NCBI GenBank assembly: GCA_022813865.1
Contig: JALDZX010000039.1
Coordinates: forward strand, 124,001 to 188,000
Direction: 5' to 3'
Length of the DNA stretch: 64,000 nucleotides
Origin: Xylographa opegraphella
Taxonomy: Eukaryota
Made by a program: the position numbers and the translations under genes. The notes beneath the pieces are model-generated. The model saw nothing but the letters and a program-made list of their open reading frames with translations, was not told where the DNA came from and searched no databases. Shown here in pieces: positions 52,865-64,000 of this stretch; within the stretch, counting starts at the first letter, position 1; every line of letters starts with the position of its first letter.

Positions 52865-53962
52865 ATGAATCTTCAATTACTTGCATTTGCAGCCGCATTG
52901 GCACAAATTGTCAAAGCACAAGCTTGTTGTACTAGCTCTATACCTGTCTCTACGGCTACAGTAACAATAAGCGTGTATGCCTTTGCATAATTTTGGCAGA
53001 CGTATAGACTGCTCACTATTCGTAGAACAGAAACCACGACAATCACTGCGACAACAGGAACGCCTTCGTGAGTTTCAATAGAGGGGATGACTGGTGACAC
53101 GACCATTGACAACTTGCAAGTACTTCTTATGTCTTCCTCCCCGGCGACCCTCCATCCTCTACTATAGCCCTGCCAAAGCGTCACGCTGGGCGCGAGACAC
53201 GAGACACCAAAGAAATCAGGAAACGGTCTTGCAATGCCGACAACTGCCTCCGTGCCTTGAGAGGTCATACGGCAGGCCTATTCTGTGCCACTTATACGAC
53301 GACCACGAACACCGCAACTACAGGTCTCCCCACTTACATCCCGGCCGAATGCAATCCGTCCAGGATTACCAGTGCTTGCTCGTGCTTGACCGGTGCCACT
53401 ACCGCGCAGTCCACCATGATAATTTCAACCACAAGCTGCGGCTGCCCCATCGCTCCCATGCCAACAACCACCGTGACTGTATCGGCCACCGCAACAGCCA
53501 CCACGACCGCAAGTCTTTCCAACCCACTGACCCCTCTCTCCCCAGCCACTGATATCAGCATTCTAGATCCCCGCTCCCCCCACCACCATCACCCAATACC
53601 CCTGCGCCGACCCTCTCCCCTCCCCCGGGCCCGCCTATGGCAAATACCAAGACCCCAACGACCTCGGTCTCGCCAACAACCTCTACTACATCAGCACAAC
53701 GCCCCAAGGCGCCTCCGCCCAAGCCTGCTGCCACACGTGCTTCTTCGAGATCCCGAATTGCGTGCAGGCGTACTGGTATTTCTACGAGGGCTGCGTTGTC
53801 TCCCAGGCCACGGACCTGGGCACGGCAAGCGGCAGGGGGGAAAGCGCCGTGTGTCCGGGGGGGACGTTTGATGGCTTGAGTTATGTGCCGGATTATGATC
53901 CGGCGTTTCGTAGCTCCGGCGATATTGCGGGCCCGTGTGGGGGGTTGTATACGAATTTCTAA
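52865..53962 (+). CDS. Secreted Cys/Thr-rich protein with a CNADNCLRAL module and a C-terminal Cys-rich (Apple/PAN-like?) domain
   Basis: Signal peptide MNLQLLAFAAALAQIVKA. Four exons; the last intron (53509-53566) is GC-AG. KR sites precede SCNADNCLRAL..FCATYT..RITSACSCL. C-terminal ACCHTCF..NCVQAYWY..C..CP..GPCG. Confidence 0.75.
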
Positions 53963-54235
53963 AGGGGGTTTGGGGGGGGGGGGGGGNGTTGGATAGGTTT
54001 GTGGTCTGGGGTTACTTGTGGGGTACGTCGTGGATTGTTTGGTCGGATGGTAGCTGTTTTGTTTAACTGGGTAATGTTCATGATCGATAAGTCAGTAAAG
54101 AATCTAGTGCTTGAGTCCCTGTAGAGACACTCGAGACAGGCATTTGATTACTCGGTGGAAGTCATGTTCTGAAATGGTCGATCAAACAGATCACTATTAT
54201 ATATAAAGATAATATTGCTATCAGCCCTATATTAA

Positions 54236-54336
54236 AGTCCAGTGGCGCAGTGGTAGCGCGTCGTTCTTATATGGGTATAACCACCGATATGATCATCGCT
54301 ATGCGAATGTCGTGGGTTCGACCCCCACCTGGACTA
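54236..54336 (+). tRNA. tRNA-Ile (anticodon TAT) with 29-nt intron 54272-54300
   Basis: Acceptor stem AGTCCAG/CTGGACT, D arm GCGC-AGTGGTA-GCGC, anticodon loop CTTATA, T arm GTGGG-TTCGACC-CCCAC. Downstream T-runs and an upstream TATA-rich tract. Confidence 0.93.
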
Positions 54337-54618
54337 TGAGTTTTCTTTTGCATTTTGTTCCATAAGAAAGATAATCTGGGGTTCCTTTTTTTTTATTCTG
54401 GGGCTGTCTTATCGCGTGACACTCTTATGCAGTTTGACGCCAGCTTTTCGGCCTCGTTCATCCGCGAAATAGCTGATACGCTAAGCCTTGTATGTCGAAA
54501 TCGGACATTACTTAACGGTAACTACCTTAGTTTTCTGAGTACTTGAGTTGTACTGACTTTGCTGTCGGCGTCTGCCTTCAGGGTACACCTTTTTGTCTGA
54601 CAGGTTGTGAACTTCAAC

Positions 54619-56422
54619 ATGGCTTCACACAATCTGGCAATAGCGAAAGCTTCCTTGGCCGCTGGCCTCATGAGACCAGACCCAACCTCGGTGCCGCGAG
54701 ATCAGATCACACAATTTCACGAACTTCTCGAAGAAGCGTTGACGCGATGCTCGCCGACGAACATACAGGTTTGAAGGCAGTATCTCCACACGAGGCGACT
54801 TAGCTAAAATGGATCTTTGATGACAGCGGTGTAAGGAATGGTTGTTGAGAAATACCGTTTCTTCAACAGCCAGAATAGGGTCCGTTGTGAAATACCTGGC
54901 TGCCTTGTCGACATCTCTGTCCGAGATCTCGGAGCAGAATACGAATGGGTCAAACCGGGCAAGGAGCCCGAAAAACCGGAGAAAACAGCTCTACGTTCTC
55001 TATTTGATAAATGACCTCCTTCACCATACGAAATACCACAAAGGGTCTGCGTCTGCTGCTTCAGTAGTGGCAAGCACACTCCATCCTTTTCTGGGCAAGC
55101 TGGTGGGAGCTGCCTCGGCCTACGACTCCACTAGTTATCCGAAACAACGGCGAAGGATTTCCGAACTCGTTGATGAATGGGAGAAGCAGGGCTACTATAG
55201 CTCCTCCGAAATCGAGAAGCTAAAGGATATCGCTACCAGTGCAGCTCGTGGGACAATCGAGAATGGGCAAGCAGAATCTTCAGTGGTGGACATTCCTATC
55301 AATGGGGAGGACAAGACCAAAGCGGAACTGCCATTCATCATGCCAGCCAGCCATGGCGATCCATCGGCACCGTACTATGAACTCCCGGCCGGAAACATGA
55401 TGCCTCACATCATTCCAAACTCTGCGACTCCAATCAATCAGCAGATTGTGAAGCCATTGCAATTCCTGGCCGGCCCGGCAAGTGAGAGCTTAGCTATGGT
55501 CGTCAAGGACTTTTTAGAAGATGTGAACAAGCTCTATGGACAGGAAATAGTGGAGGAAGAGGGACTGTCGGTAGACGTTGATGAGCTAGGCCAGACGATC
55601 CTACGCGACGAGGTTGGTGACACTGTTGCAAGCGAAGCTTATTATGGATGGTCGAAAGCATTTTGCGAAAAGATGAAACTGAGGCGCAGCGGGAAGATCA
55701 TACCCAGGAGTCGCGGTCGAAGCGATAGTCTCGAAGGCAGTCAGAGCCCACGCAAACGCCGGAGGTACAGCTCGTCTGGGGACAGCCAAAGCCGAAGCCG
55801 AAGCCGTATGAACCAACGCCGCCAGGATTCCTACTCGCCCTCCAGAAACAGACTGCGCTCAAGAACAAGGTCACAATCGCCGCCATCTCGGTTTGGGAAG
55901 AGACTGCCATCTCGCTCTCGCTCTCGCTCTCGCTCACGATCCTACTCCCCACCAGGCGACCTCCTACCTCCAAAGGACTATCCACCCGCGAGACCAGCGG
56001 ATCAATTTCAAACTCATCCGCAAGGAGCGTCATCAACGCCTCCCGGACCTTTCCCCATTCCATTCCCTCAGGGTATTCCACTTGGCCCAAACGGCATGCC
56101 AATTCCGCCACCACCGCCGCCTAATTATATCGGTGTGTGGCCTCCACCGCCGCCCACGATTAGTCCGAACGGTGCACCATTCCAAATTCCGCCGTTTGTG
56201 CCACCACCACCTCCGCCTATTCCTCCATATGCGAATCCGCATTCAATGTCGATGGGATACCAGGCACAAGGTACGGCACCTGGTCCTGGTCGGGGGGTAC
56301 AAGAGCCGCGCGAACCGTACGGCAGTGGAAGTTATGGGAGGCCGCCGTCTCATGCTCAAGGCCAGTCGGGCGGGTCGTACTCTGGGAGAGGTAGGGGAGG
56401 CCGGGGCTCATGGAGAGGGTAA
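54619..56422 (+). CDS. CID/RPR (Pol II CTD-interacting)-like protein with RS-rich, Pro-rich and RGG regions
   Basis: Exons 54619-54768 and 54827-56422. Motif RKQLYVLYLINDLLHH, RS dipeptide tracts, poly-Pro and a terminal RGRGGRG. Confidence 0.8.
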
Positions 56423-56934
56423 GCGTTGGCGGCTGTCCACCTTTTTGCACTTCGAACTGTGGTGTAGTCTCGCCCATTTTGAGTCCTGTTCGGGCTGTCA
56501 AGTTGTACCGGCGAGATTCTCGAGAGACTCAAGAAAGATCTATTGAAAGCACTATTGGATGATGGCTTGAAATTCACTGATGAAACCGTCTTCCTTCCAC
56601 AGCGATTATAAACGGCTATTGCCGCCTCTTCCTTTTGGCCCTTGCTTGGTACCATGTAAAGCCTCCGGGTCCGAAGACGTAGAGACTTGACTTGGCCAAG
56701 AACGTATTGCACACAGGCCGACGCTATCGATTTCTACAAATCCTTGAGCATCGTGTTGATCACGGGATCTTGATGGACTTTTGAACCAATACCCAAGGCG
56801 CCCAACACTTCCATTCCGTTTACTCGAAAGAGCGGGGATGATCGTCCATAGTGTCTGTCCCTCATCCGTCCATCCCCATCGCCCATCTTGCATTCTCCCA
56901 CCCCCGCCCCCCCCCTCATATCCAACCAACCAGC

Positions 56935-57461
56935 TCAACTGAACCGATCCCCCTTCTTCGCCCTGTACAACTCCCTCGGCTCATACTTGCTCCCCTTCTC
57001 AGGCGCGCGCCGTACCTCTGCCGGCGCCGCATCCTCGCTCGCCTCGCCGCTCGGGTTCGCCGCTTGATCGTTCGCTCTGTGTGGCGTCTTGGTTGGGGCT
57101 GGTTCGTGCATCGCGCTGAATTCGAGCTGCTCCGTCAGCCGCTTGCGGCGCATGTCGGCTTCGTGCCGCGCCGCGCGGTCGGCGTTGATGGAGCGTTTGG
57201 CGAAGTAGTAGGATCCGCCGCCGGCTGGGGGGTGTTAGTTGTGAGGATATTGGGGGGGAAGTGCGGCGATTGGAGGGTTATGCTGAGAGGTATTGGACAG
57301 ACCTATGCAGAGGACGCCCCAGCCTAGCCTGTGCTCATTGTATCAGCTGTGATATGGGCAAAGAGGGCCCGCCGAGCTGACGGACGAACCATGTCGAGCG
57401 GATCTGGAGGTGTTAGCTGGGTTATGCAGCGGGCAAAGGCTTTCGTACGTACTGTATTCAT
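56935..57461 (-). CDS. Small single-TM fungal protein (DUF4748-like)
   Basis: Three tiny exons (9, 14, 26 nt) plus a final exon give MNTIRSTWLGWGVLCIAGGGSYYFAKRSINADR...KGDRFS. Confidence 0.8.
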
Positions 57462-57784
57462 GGTGTAGAGTAAGACTACTCAATTAACTAATGCTCTCCC
57501 TAAAGCTACGTGCCTCATTTCATAGAAGCTACTTTATATAAGTTCGGTGTCGAATATGACTGCTTCACTTCAACGGCAAAATCTGCACTAGTCTCCTTGC
57601 GGGTAAAGGTCTTGGCGCTGGAATACTACACTTCGTGACTCAATCCTGCTGTAATACCTTCAGTGAGCACTTATTAACTTACCTGGAGTGAGTTATCCTA
57701 CGCCTCTGTCGACGCTCACTTTTTGAGCAGCGACGACAGAGGGCCAAGCGTGATAAGACCGAGACAACCTCTCCGCCAGCAGAC

Positions 57785-60371
57785 ATGGTTCCGAAACGAA
57801 AGGCTCCCACCACGGCGGGGGCTGGCAAAGCTGGCAAAGCCAACAAACGTATTGCGTCCGGGGCCGCTACACCACAAAGTATTGACAGCAGTGACGAGTA
57901 TTCACTCGAAGGAGAGGAGGCCAGCGACGCTGAAGCAGACGCCTTGAATCGGGCAGTCAAGGTGTTCTCGGGGCCCTCGTCCACAAGCCGCAAAATACTA
58001 AAGACGGTGGATGCGTCTGGCAAGGAACACTCGGTCGCGGATCTTTCATGGCTGGACCTAAAGCCAGATCACGCAAATCGGCCGCTCTGGATTGACGAAG
58101 CAAAGGGCCGGATCACGCTGGAGAGCTTTTCGCCTCTTGCCGCATATGCCCAAGACTTTCTAACCACAATCGCGGAACCTCTATCGCGCCCTACGTATCT
58201 CCATGAGTATGCCTTGACTGTGCATAGCCTTTACGCCGCTGTATCTGTTGGCCTGACACCCGAAGAGATTCTTAGAACTCTCACGATGCTATTGAAGACA
58301 CCGCTTCCTGACGTGACCAGGAACTTCATATTAAAGAGTACGGAGACATTTGGGAAAGTGAAACTAGTCTTGAAGCGTAATCGTTACTTCCTGGAAACCT
58401 CCGATGCCGAGGTGTTGCAGAAATTGATAGGGGCATTCGAGAAAGATCCGCTTATCGCCCCCATCATAGCTGAGGCTCGAAATGGAATCGTCACAGAGGC
58501 GGCTCCTAAGCTGGGCGGGATAGTCATACCTGGTACAAAAGATGCTGCTGGAGTAAAGCAACAGCCAGACCAAGGGAATGCAGATAGAACAGTTCCAGAT
58601 CGTTCGGATGAGCAGTTGAAGGATGATGCTATGCTGATTGCTTTGAGAGCAGATGATGATGAAGATGACGACCAGAAGCTGGTCCACTCTCTCGAGATTC
58701 CGAATGACAGTGTCGAGGCCATTCAACGGAAGTGCCTCGACATTGGATATCCAGTCTTGGAGGAGTATGAGTTTAGTAATGATCAATTCAACCCCAATCT
58801 AGAGATTGACCTCAAACCTGCTACACGAATCCGTGATTATCAAGAGAAAAGCTTGAGTAAGATGTTTGGCAATAGTCGTGCAAGGAGCGGAATCATTGTA
58901 CTGCCTTGTGGCGCCGGCAAAACATTAGTAGGAATCGCTGCCGCGTGCACCATAAGGAAAGGGGTTGTCATTCTTTGTACAAGTTCCATGTCGGTGGTTC
59001 AGTGGAGAAATGAATTCTTGAAGTGGTCCGATATCAGCCCGAGTGATATCGCAGTCTTCACATCGGACAACAAAGAGAAGTTCTCAAGCAAGACAGGTAT
59101 CATCGTCACAACGTACTCCATGGTCACGCAGACCCGGTCGCGATCTTACGATGCTCAAAAAATGATGGATTTCATGCAGGAAAGAGAATGGGGTTTGATG
59201 ATCCTCGACGAGGTCCACGTCGTGCCTGCATCGATCTTCCGAAAAGTGACGCATTCCATCAATACTCACTCCAAACTTGGCCTCACCGCCACTTTGCTTC
59301 GGGAAGACGATAAGATCAAAGATCTGAACTTCTTGATTGGGCCCAAGCTCTACGAAGCAAATTGGATGGAGCTAGCTGATCAAGGACATATTGCCAAAGT
59401 CCAATGCGCGGAGGTTTGGTGCCCGATGACCACGGAGTTTTACCAAGAATACCTTCGAGCATCGTCACGAAAGCGAGCCTTACTGTACATCATGAACCCA
59501 AGGAAGTTCCAAGCTTGTCAATTCCTGATTGACTATCACGAGAAGCGGGGGGACAAAGTCATCGTATTTTCCGATAACGTGTATGCTCTAGAGCGCTACG
59601 CTTTGAAGTTGAACAAGGCATATATCTACGGTGGAACGCCACAGAACGAGCGTCTGCGTATCCTCGAGAATTTTCAGCACAATGAACAGGTCAATACCAT
59701 CTTTCTTTCTAAGATTGGGGATACATCACTTGATTTGCCCGAAGCGACGTGCCTGATTCAGATATCATCCCATTACGGATCTCGCCGTCAAGAAGCACAG
59801 CGTCTAGGCCGTATCTTGAGGGCTAAACGGAGGAACGATGAGGGCTTCAACGCGTTTTTCTACTCCTTAGTATCCAAAGACACCCAAGAGATGTTCTATT
59901 CTTCAAAGCGACAGGCTTTCCTCGTCGATCAGGGATATGCCTTCAAAGTGATCACACATCTTCAGGGCATTGAGAACATACCCGGTCTGGCTTTTTCTTC
60001 GCCTCTTGAACGGCGAGAGCTTCTTCAAGAAGTCATGCTACAGAACGAAAGTTCCGGCGATGCGGAAAAGATTGACGATGATTTGTTCAGCTCGAGATTG
60101 AGCGGGCCGAGTGGCAAGAGCGGGTTCGGCAAGAAAGGTGCCAAACGTACGGCGGGCATGCTCAGCGACCTGAGTGGTGGAAAGGACATGGTATGGGCTT
60201 TCTTTGTGCGTCCGACAACGTTACTCTGTCGCTGCTAACTTTGTTGTGCTTTAGGCCTACATTGAGTACAATAAAAGCAGGAACAAGGATCTTAAGGCGA
60301 AGCAGAACCCCCTGTTCAAGAAGATGGCTCGCGAGAACCAGAAGCGAAAGCAGCAACGACTGGATGTCTGA
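57785..60371 (+). CDS. SSL2: TFIIH helicase XPB
   Basis: Motifs [44 protein letters not shown] and [11 protein letters not shown]. Final intron 60191-60254. Confidence 0.97.
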
Positions 60372-60814
60372 TTGGTACACTTTTCATATCGTCGGTGGCT
60401 TAAATTGTCTAGAGCACGTTGAAATTATAGCGGTTGGGCGTCCTATCGTGATCGACAGGTGTCAGGTGAGGGAAAAGGGCTGAGGCGTATGGCGATCTGC
60501 ATTTGCTCGCATAAGCAGAATGTTGAGGATCTTAAAGCTACGTATATGAGTACTGAAACCGCATTCGGGTCAATGTACGATCGTATGTTCGTATGATCAT
60601 GTGAACTCATTACATATCCACTGGGGTCTGGACTACTCGTAGGTAATGGTCGCTTGGTAAGAATCGGGGTGTGTACTCGCGTCTTCGGGCTACGTTCGGC
60701 ACCGTGTAAGTGGCATGACTCGTTGTTACGTCAACCAATCGAGTGGCCTTCGATGGCGACTTCGTACTTCAATTTATGTATATATTTACTCTATAGCCAA
60801 TATTTTCCCACCTC

Positions 60815-62802
60815 ATGTACATACCACCATCCCTACGTGTAACCCGGATAAACTGCATCGATTCTGTCTGGCCGAGGCACATTTCCCCCTCTATATCCAT
60901 CCAACTTTGTCGCCCGCGCTGCAGCATATCTTCTTCACACACGGCTTCAGGAGTCTTGTTGGGTCGCGCGAGAGGTATGGCGACGGCTTCGAAAGTCGTG
61001 CTGACTCCGGCCTTGGGGGGCGAGTTTTCTTGGGGGAAACGCACGGAGGCTTCTGCGAAGAAGGCGTCTGAGCTTTTGCAGGAGAATCATGATGGGCATC
61101 ATATTTTCTTTAATAGGAGTGGTTTTCATAGTGGGTTCATCCTTTTTATTGTCGTTACTTGCTTGGCTATTTCGATTTGGGCGGTTGATATGGGGGTGTT
61201 TATCGTCGCTGAGGAGTAGGGGTGACTTTTTGGACTTTATCGTGTTCTCTGGCAAGCTTGTGTGCAGATGACTGTTCTCCCGACTTCTTGATTCAATTTT
61301 GCAGTTTTATATCATATTATATTCGTTTCCGATCACTTGTTGTTGGCTTGCAAGCATTGAGAAGCTCGGTCTGACATGTCCTCAAGATCATATTGCCCAC
61401 CACCTTCTGACCATATACGCACTCGGCGCCTCACCGGAGGTCCTCCAGGACCAGTATGACCGCAATGCGTCGTACCAACGAGCTCCGCAGCCAGTCGATA
61501 ACAGCGTTGTCGAAGATCTTCATGACCCGTCGAAGTTCAACAAGTACCTCAAGAATGAGCGATATTACCACGACTACCTCGTGTTCTTCCAGAAGGAGAT
61601 TGACGAAAAGGGGTACGAGGAGGTCATCAATGAGTATGTCCTCAAGGGTGACGAGCGGGCAGACGATATGTTGGTAAGAATGTACGGTGGTAAGTGATAC
61701 TTCATCCTTTGTCCAGTATTGGTACGTGAATCGCGTCTGTTTAACTTCATCAAAGGGTTCCTACACCCTATCATTCATCTCGGTTTTGGCGTGGAATTCA
61801 AGCAGCCGGCCATTGTAGCAGAGGCACTAGCTCAAGCTGCCGCGCACGATAATTGGCTTGCTCCTCTCTTCACCGAAACGGAGAAGAAAGCCAAAGCGAG
61901 CAACCTACCAAGCAAGAGTCTTGTCGAGATCTTAGACAGTATTCGGGCGGATAAGAAGCTCAGCTCTGCTGCCCACTGGGAGGACGATAACAAAATCCGG
62001 GATGGCATTCTGGTCCGGGCCAAGGATGAGATGATCGAGTATGCCAGCCAATGGACCGTCAAGCCAGAGGAGCTGGAGGAGAAGACCGCTGAGATGCATA
62101 ATGCCGCAGGTACACAAGCCGTTCCCATGAATACGACTTAGAGGTGCCGACGACTGACACGATAATAGTGTACTTTACCGGTGGTGCCCAGCACCCTCCC
62201 AAGCGAGTCAAGTTCGACTTCTACTACATGCACTGCGTCAACTGCTCCATTTTCTTCTCCGCCTTCCGCAAGCAGCCGTGGATCAGTCCGGCGAACAAAG
62301 TCCGCTTGCTCGAGTGGAAGAGCCGGCTCGACTTGACGATGTATGTTTCCCGCCACTGCCCACCGCCCCTCCTCGACGACATCATCCACTATCAACCCCG
62401 TGAAGCGGGCCAACCCGGGAGTACATGGGAAGGTATCATCGAGAGGGTGCTCAACCACCCAGACGACGGCCACGCCAGCAAGCTCGTCCGGGCGATCGCG
62501 CATGCAGAGCAAATAAGCAAGCCGTTCGACGGGAGCGAGAAGTTCAGGATCAACGGCCCGATGTGGTTGCAGCTTGGGAATATGGGTGAGAAACAACCGC
62601 ATTCGGCTCGCGGAGTAGATGGACGCTAATTCTGAGCTGTAGCCATTGATTCGGTGGCGGGCAGCGAGAACGAAAGCTCGAGCTGGGTGCGCTCGGCGGG
62701 TTTCGACCAGGCGTGGGAGAAGTGAGTCCTTGCTGCACGCACCCCAGAGGGTGCCTTACTGACTGGTCTAGGGTCGAGGATCGGCCACGGGCTCAATTGT
62801 AG
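60815..62802 (+). CDS. Questin oxidase-like / HypA (AflY) family oxidoreductase; conserved part starts at ATG 60977
   Basis: Motifs LLQENHDGHHIFFN..GFH-x-HIAHHLLTIYALGA, GFLHPIIHLGFGVEF, DFYYMHCVN, DDGHASKLVRA and WVRSAGF. About five introns, the first about 258 nt. Confidence 0.88.
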
Positions 62803-64000
62803 TGTAAATATGTACGGAAGCACGGCGGTCGCAAAATTCTATCTACTGTATATTACACACGTGCAGCTTATTGCTGGTTTATACCACTCATAGCATTTCA
62901 TCGCACTCTCCCTACCTCTTCCACCCTTAGTACACAGTATTCCATCTATGTGACGCGATAGGGCGAATCCCTGTGCAAAGCGATACGTCGAGATATCAAA
63001 GCACACGGTCCAAAAGCTCCATGCCCACGCCTTAGACTCTGCAAACACGATGCCTCGCAAGTGCACTCTATGTTCGCTCAGCTCATCATCCAACTCATCT
63101 CTTCCCCATAACCATAGGCCCGTGATTGTGACTATAGCAGACGAAGAGGTCAATGGTCATTGGGAAAGCTGGGAAAGTATGGGATATTAGGCTTCAAAAT
63201 CCCAGGCGTGGTGGAAGCAGTCGGGTCAGGGGCTCCGGAGAAGACAGGAAGTACCGAATCAGTAGTCCCGACGATGTTAGGAAGAGTCGGGCTTGGAGGT
63301 TTCTCCTGTCCCACGGCCACCTCCGTAGTGTTTTACCCATTGGGGGGCCAATGATGCGTCGAGGGCAGTGGCGGGAATGGAGGAGACCTAGGAAGGGGGA
63401 TCGCGAGAACGCTGGCGCTGAGGAAAAGAAATGTGAAGATGTCCTTCATGTTGGATGGCAGCGAGATGCGCTTGGCTGGGTGTTTCGATGGTAGATAATC
63501 CGGATCGACTGCGGTACTGACCGTCGTTTTGGATGTGTATTCGGGAAAGCCTTCGATGCTGAACTGGAGATGCGCTGGATGAGTTTTTTATCAATGGAAA
63601 ATGAGGCTGTACATACATATCATCTGCTACAATGTAGATCCGAGGCCGACAGCAGAGTCTGGTGGATTCATATGGTACCAACTGTTGTCGTTTCAATATG
63701 CGTTTATGTTTTGAGTCTCGACAGCTTTGCTTGAACCTGCCTGGAAGATGCCTTTTAGCTATCATCGTGGTAATCCTCACTAACAGTTGCAACAAGATTC
63801 GACTTTGTTGCAATTGCAATATGATGGTCGCTAGTGAGTGAGATGTATCACGAAATCGGTAAGGGTGAACTGCCGGAGATTCCACCTGGGCCAACTATTA
63901 AGCATTTTAGAGTAAGGAAGCCGGTACGGGCCGCCGTATTTGAGTGGGACGAATTATCTAAGCCGGGTTACTGGAATCGTTCAATTGAAGTCGTCGTAGG

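Noticed and set aside
53970..53990. Poly-G run containing an N
   Set aside because: Sequencing or assembly uncertainty in a homopolymer.
63388..63894. 168-aa minus ORF
   Set aside because: Non-ATG start and no recognisable motifs.
1..64000. CRISPR arrays, prokaryotic defence systems, rRNA, intact transposons, secondary-metabolite cluster
   Set aside because: The DNA is fungal nuclear sequence. I saw no spaced repeats, transposase, reverse transcriptase or PKS/NRPS motifs.

Overview
Eukaryotic, intron-containing DNA from a filamentous ascomycete (Pezizomycotina). The evidence is GT-AG introns with CTRAC branch sites, fungal gene families, and an intron-containing tRNA-Ile(TAT). The supplied ORF track uses non-ATG starts and ignores introns, so I rebuilt the gene models by hand. 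I count about 25 protein-coding genes. Housekeeping blocks: p24/Erp3, PRE6, CHY zinc finger, inositol 5-phosphatase, GFA, PRP45, PWP2, septin CDC12, CASTOR-like ACT protein, CID protein, DUF4748 and SSL2/XPB. Two accessory-looking stretches sit between them. The first (about 16.3-25.4 kb) has a CE5 esterase, an unknown protein, an MBOAT acyltransferase and a PTH11-like receptor. The second (about 45.5-54.2 kb) has a FAD monooxygenase, an amino-acid permease, a possible MITE and a secreted Cys-rich protein, and ends at the tRNA. I found no CRISPR array, rRNA, intact transposase or secondary-metabolite backbone gene. The most unusual unexplained signal is a series of GC-rich islands in which the + strand flips from C/A-rich to G/T-rich, regardless of gene orientation and overriding codon choice. 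All family assignments come from motif recognition, not database searches.
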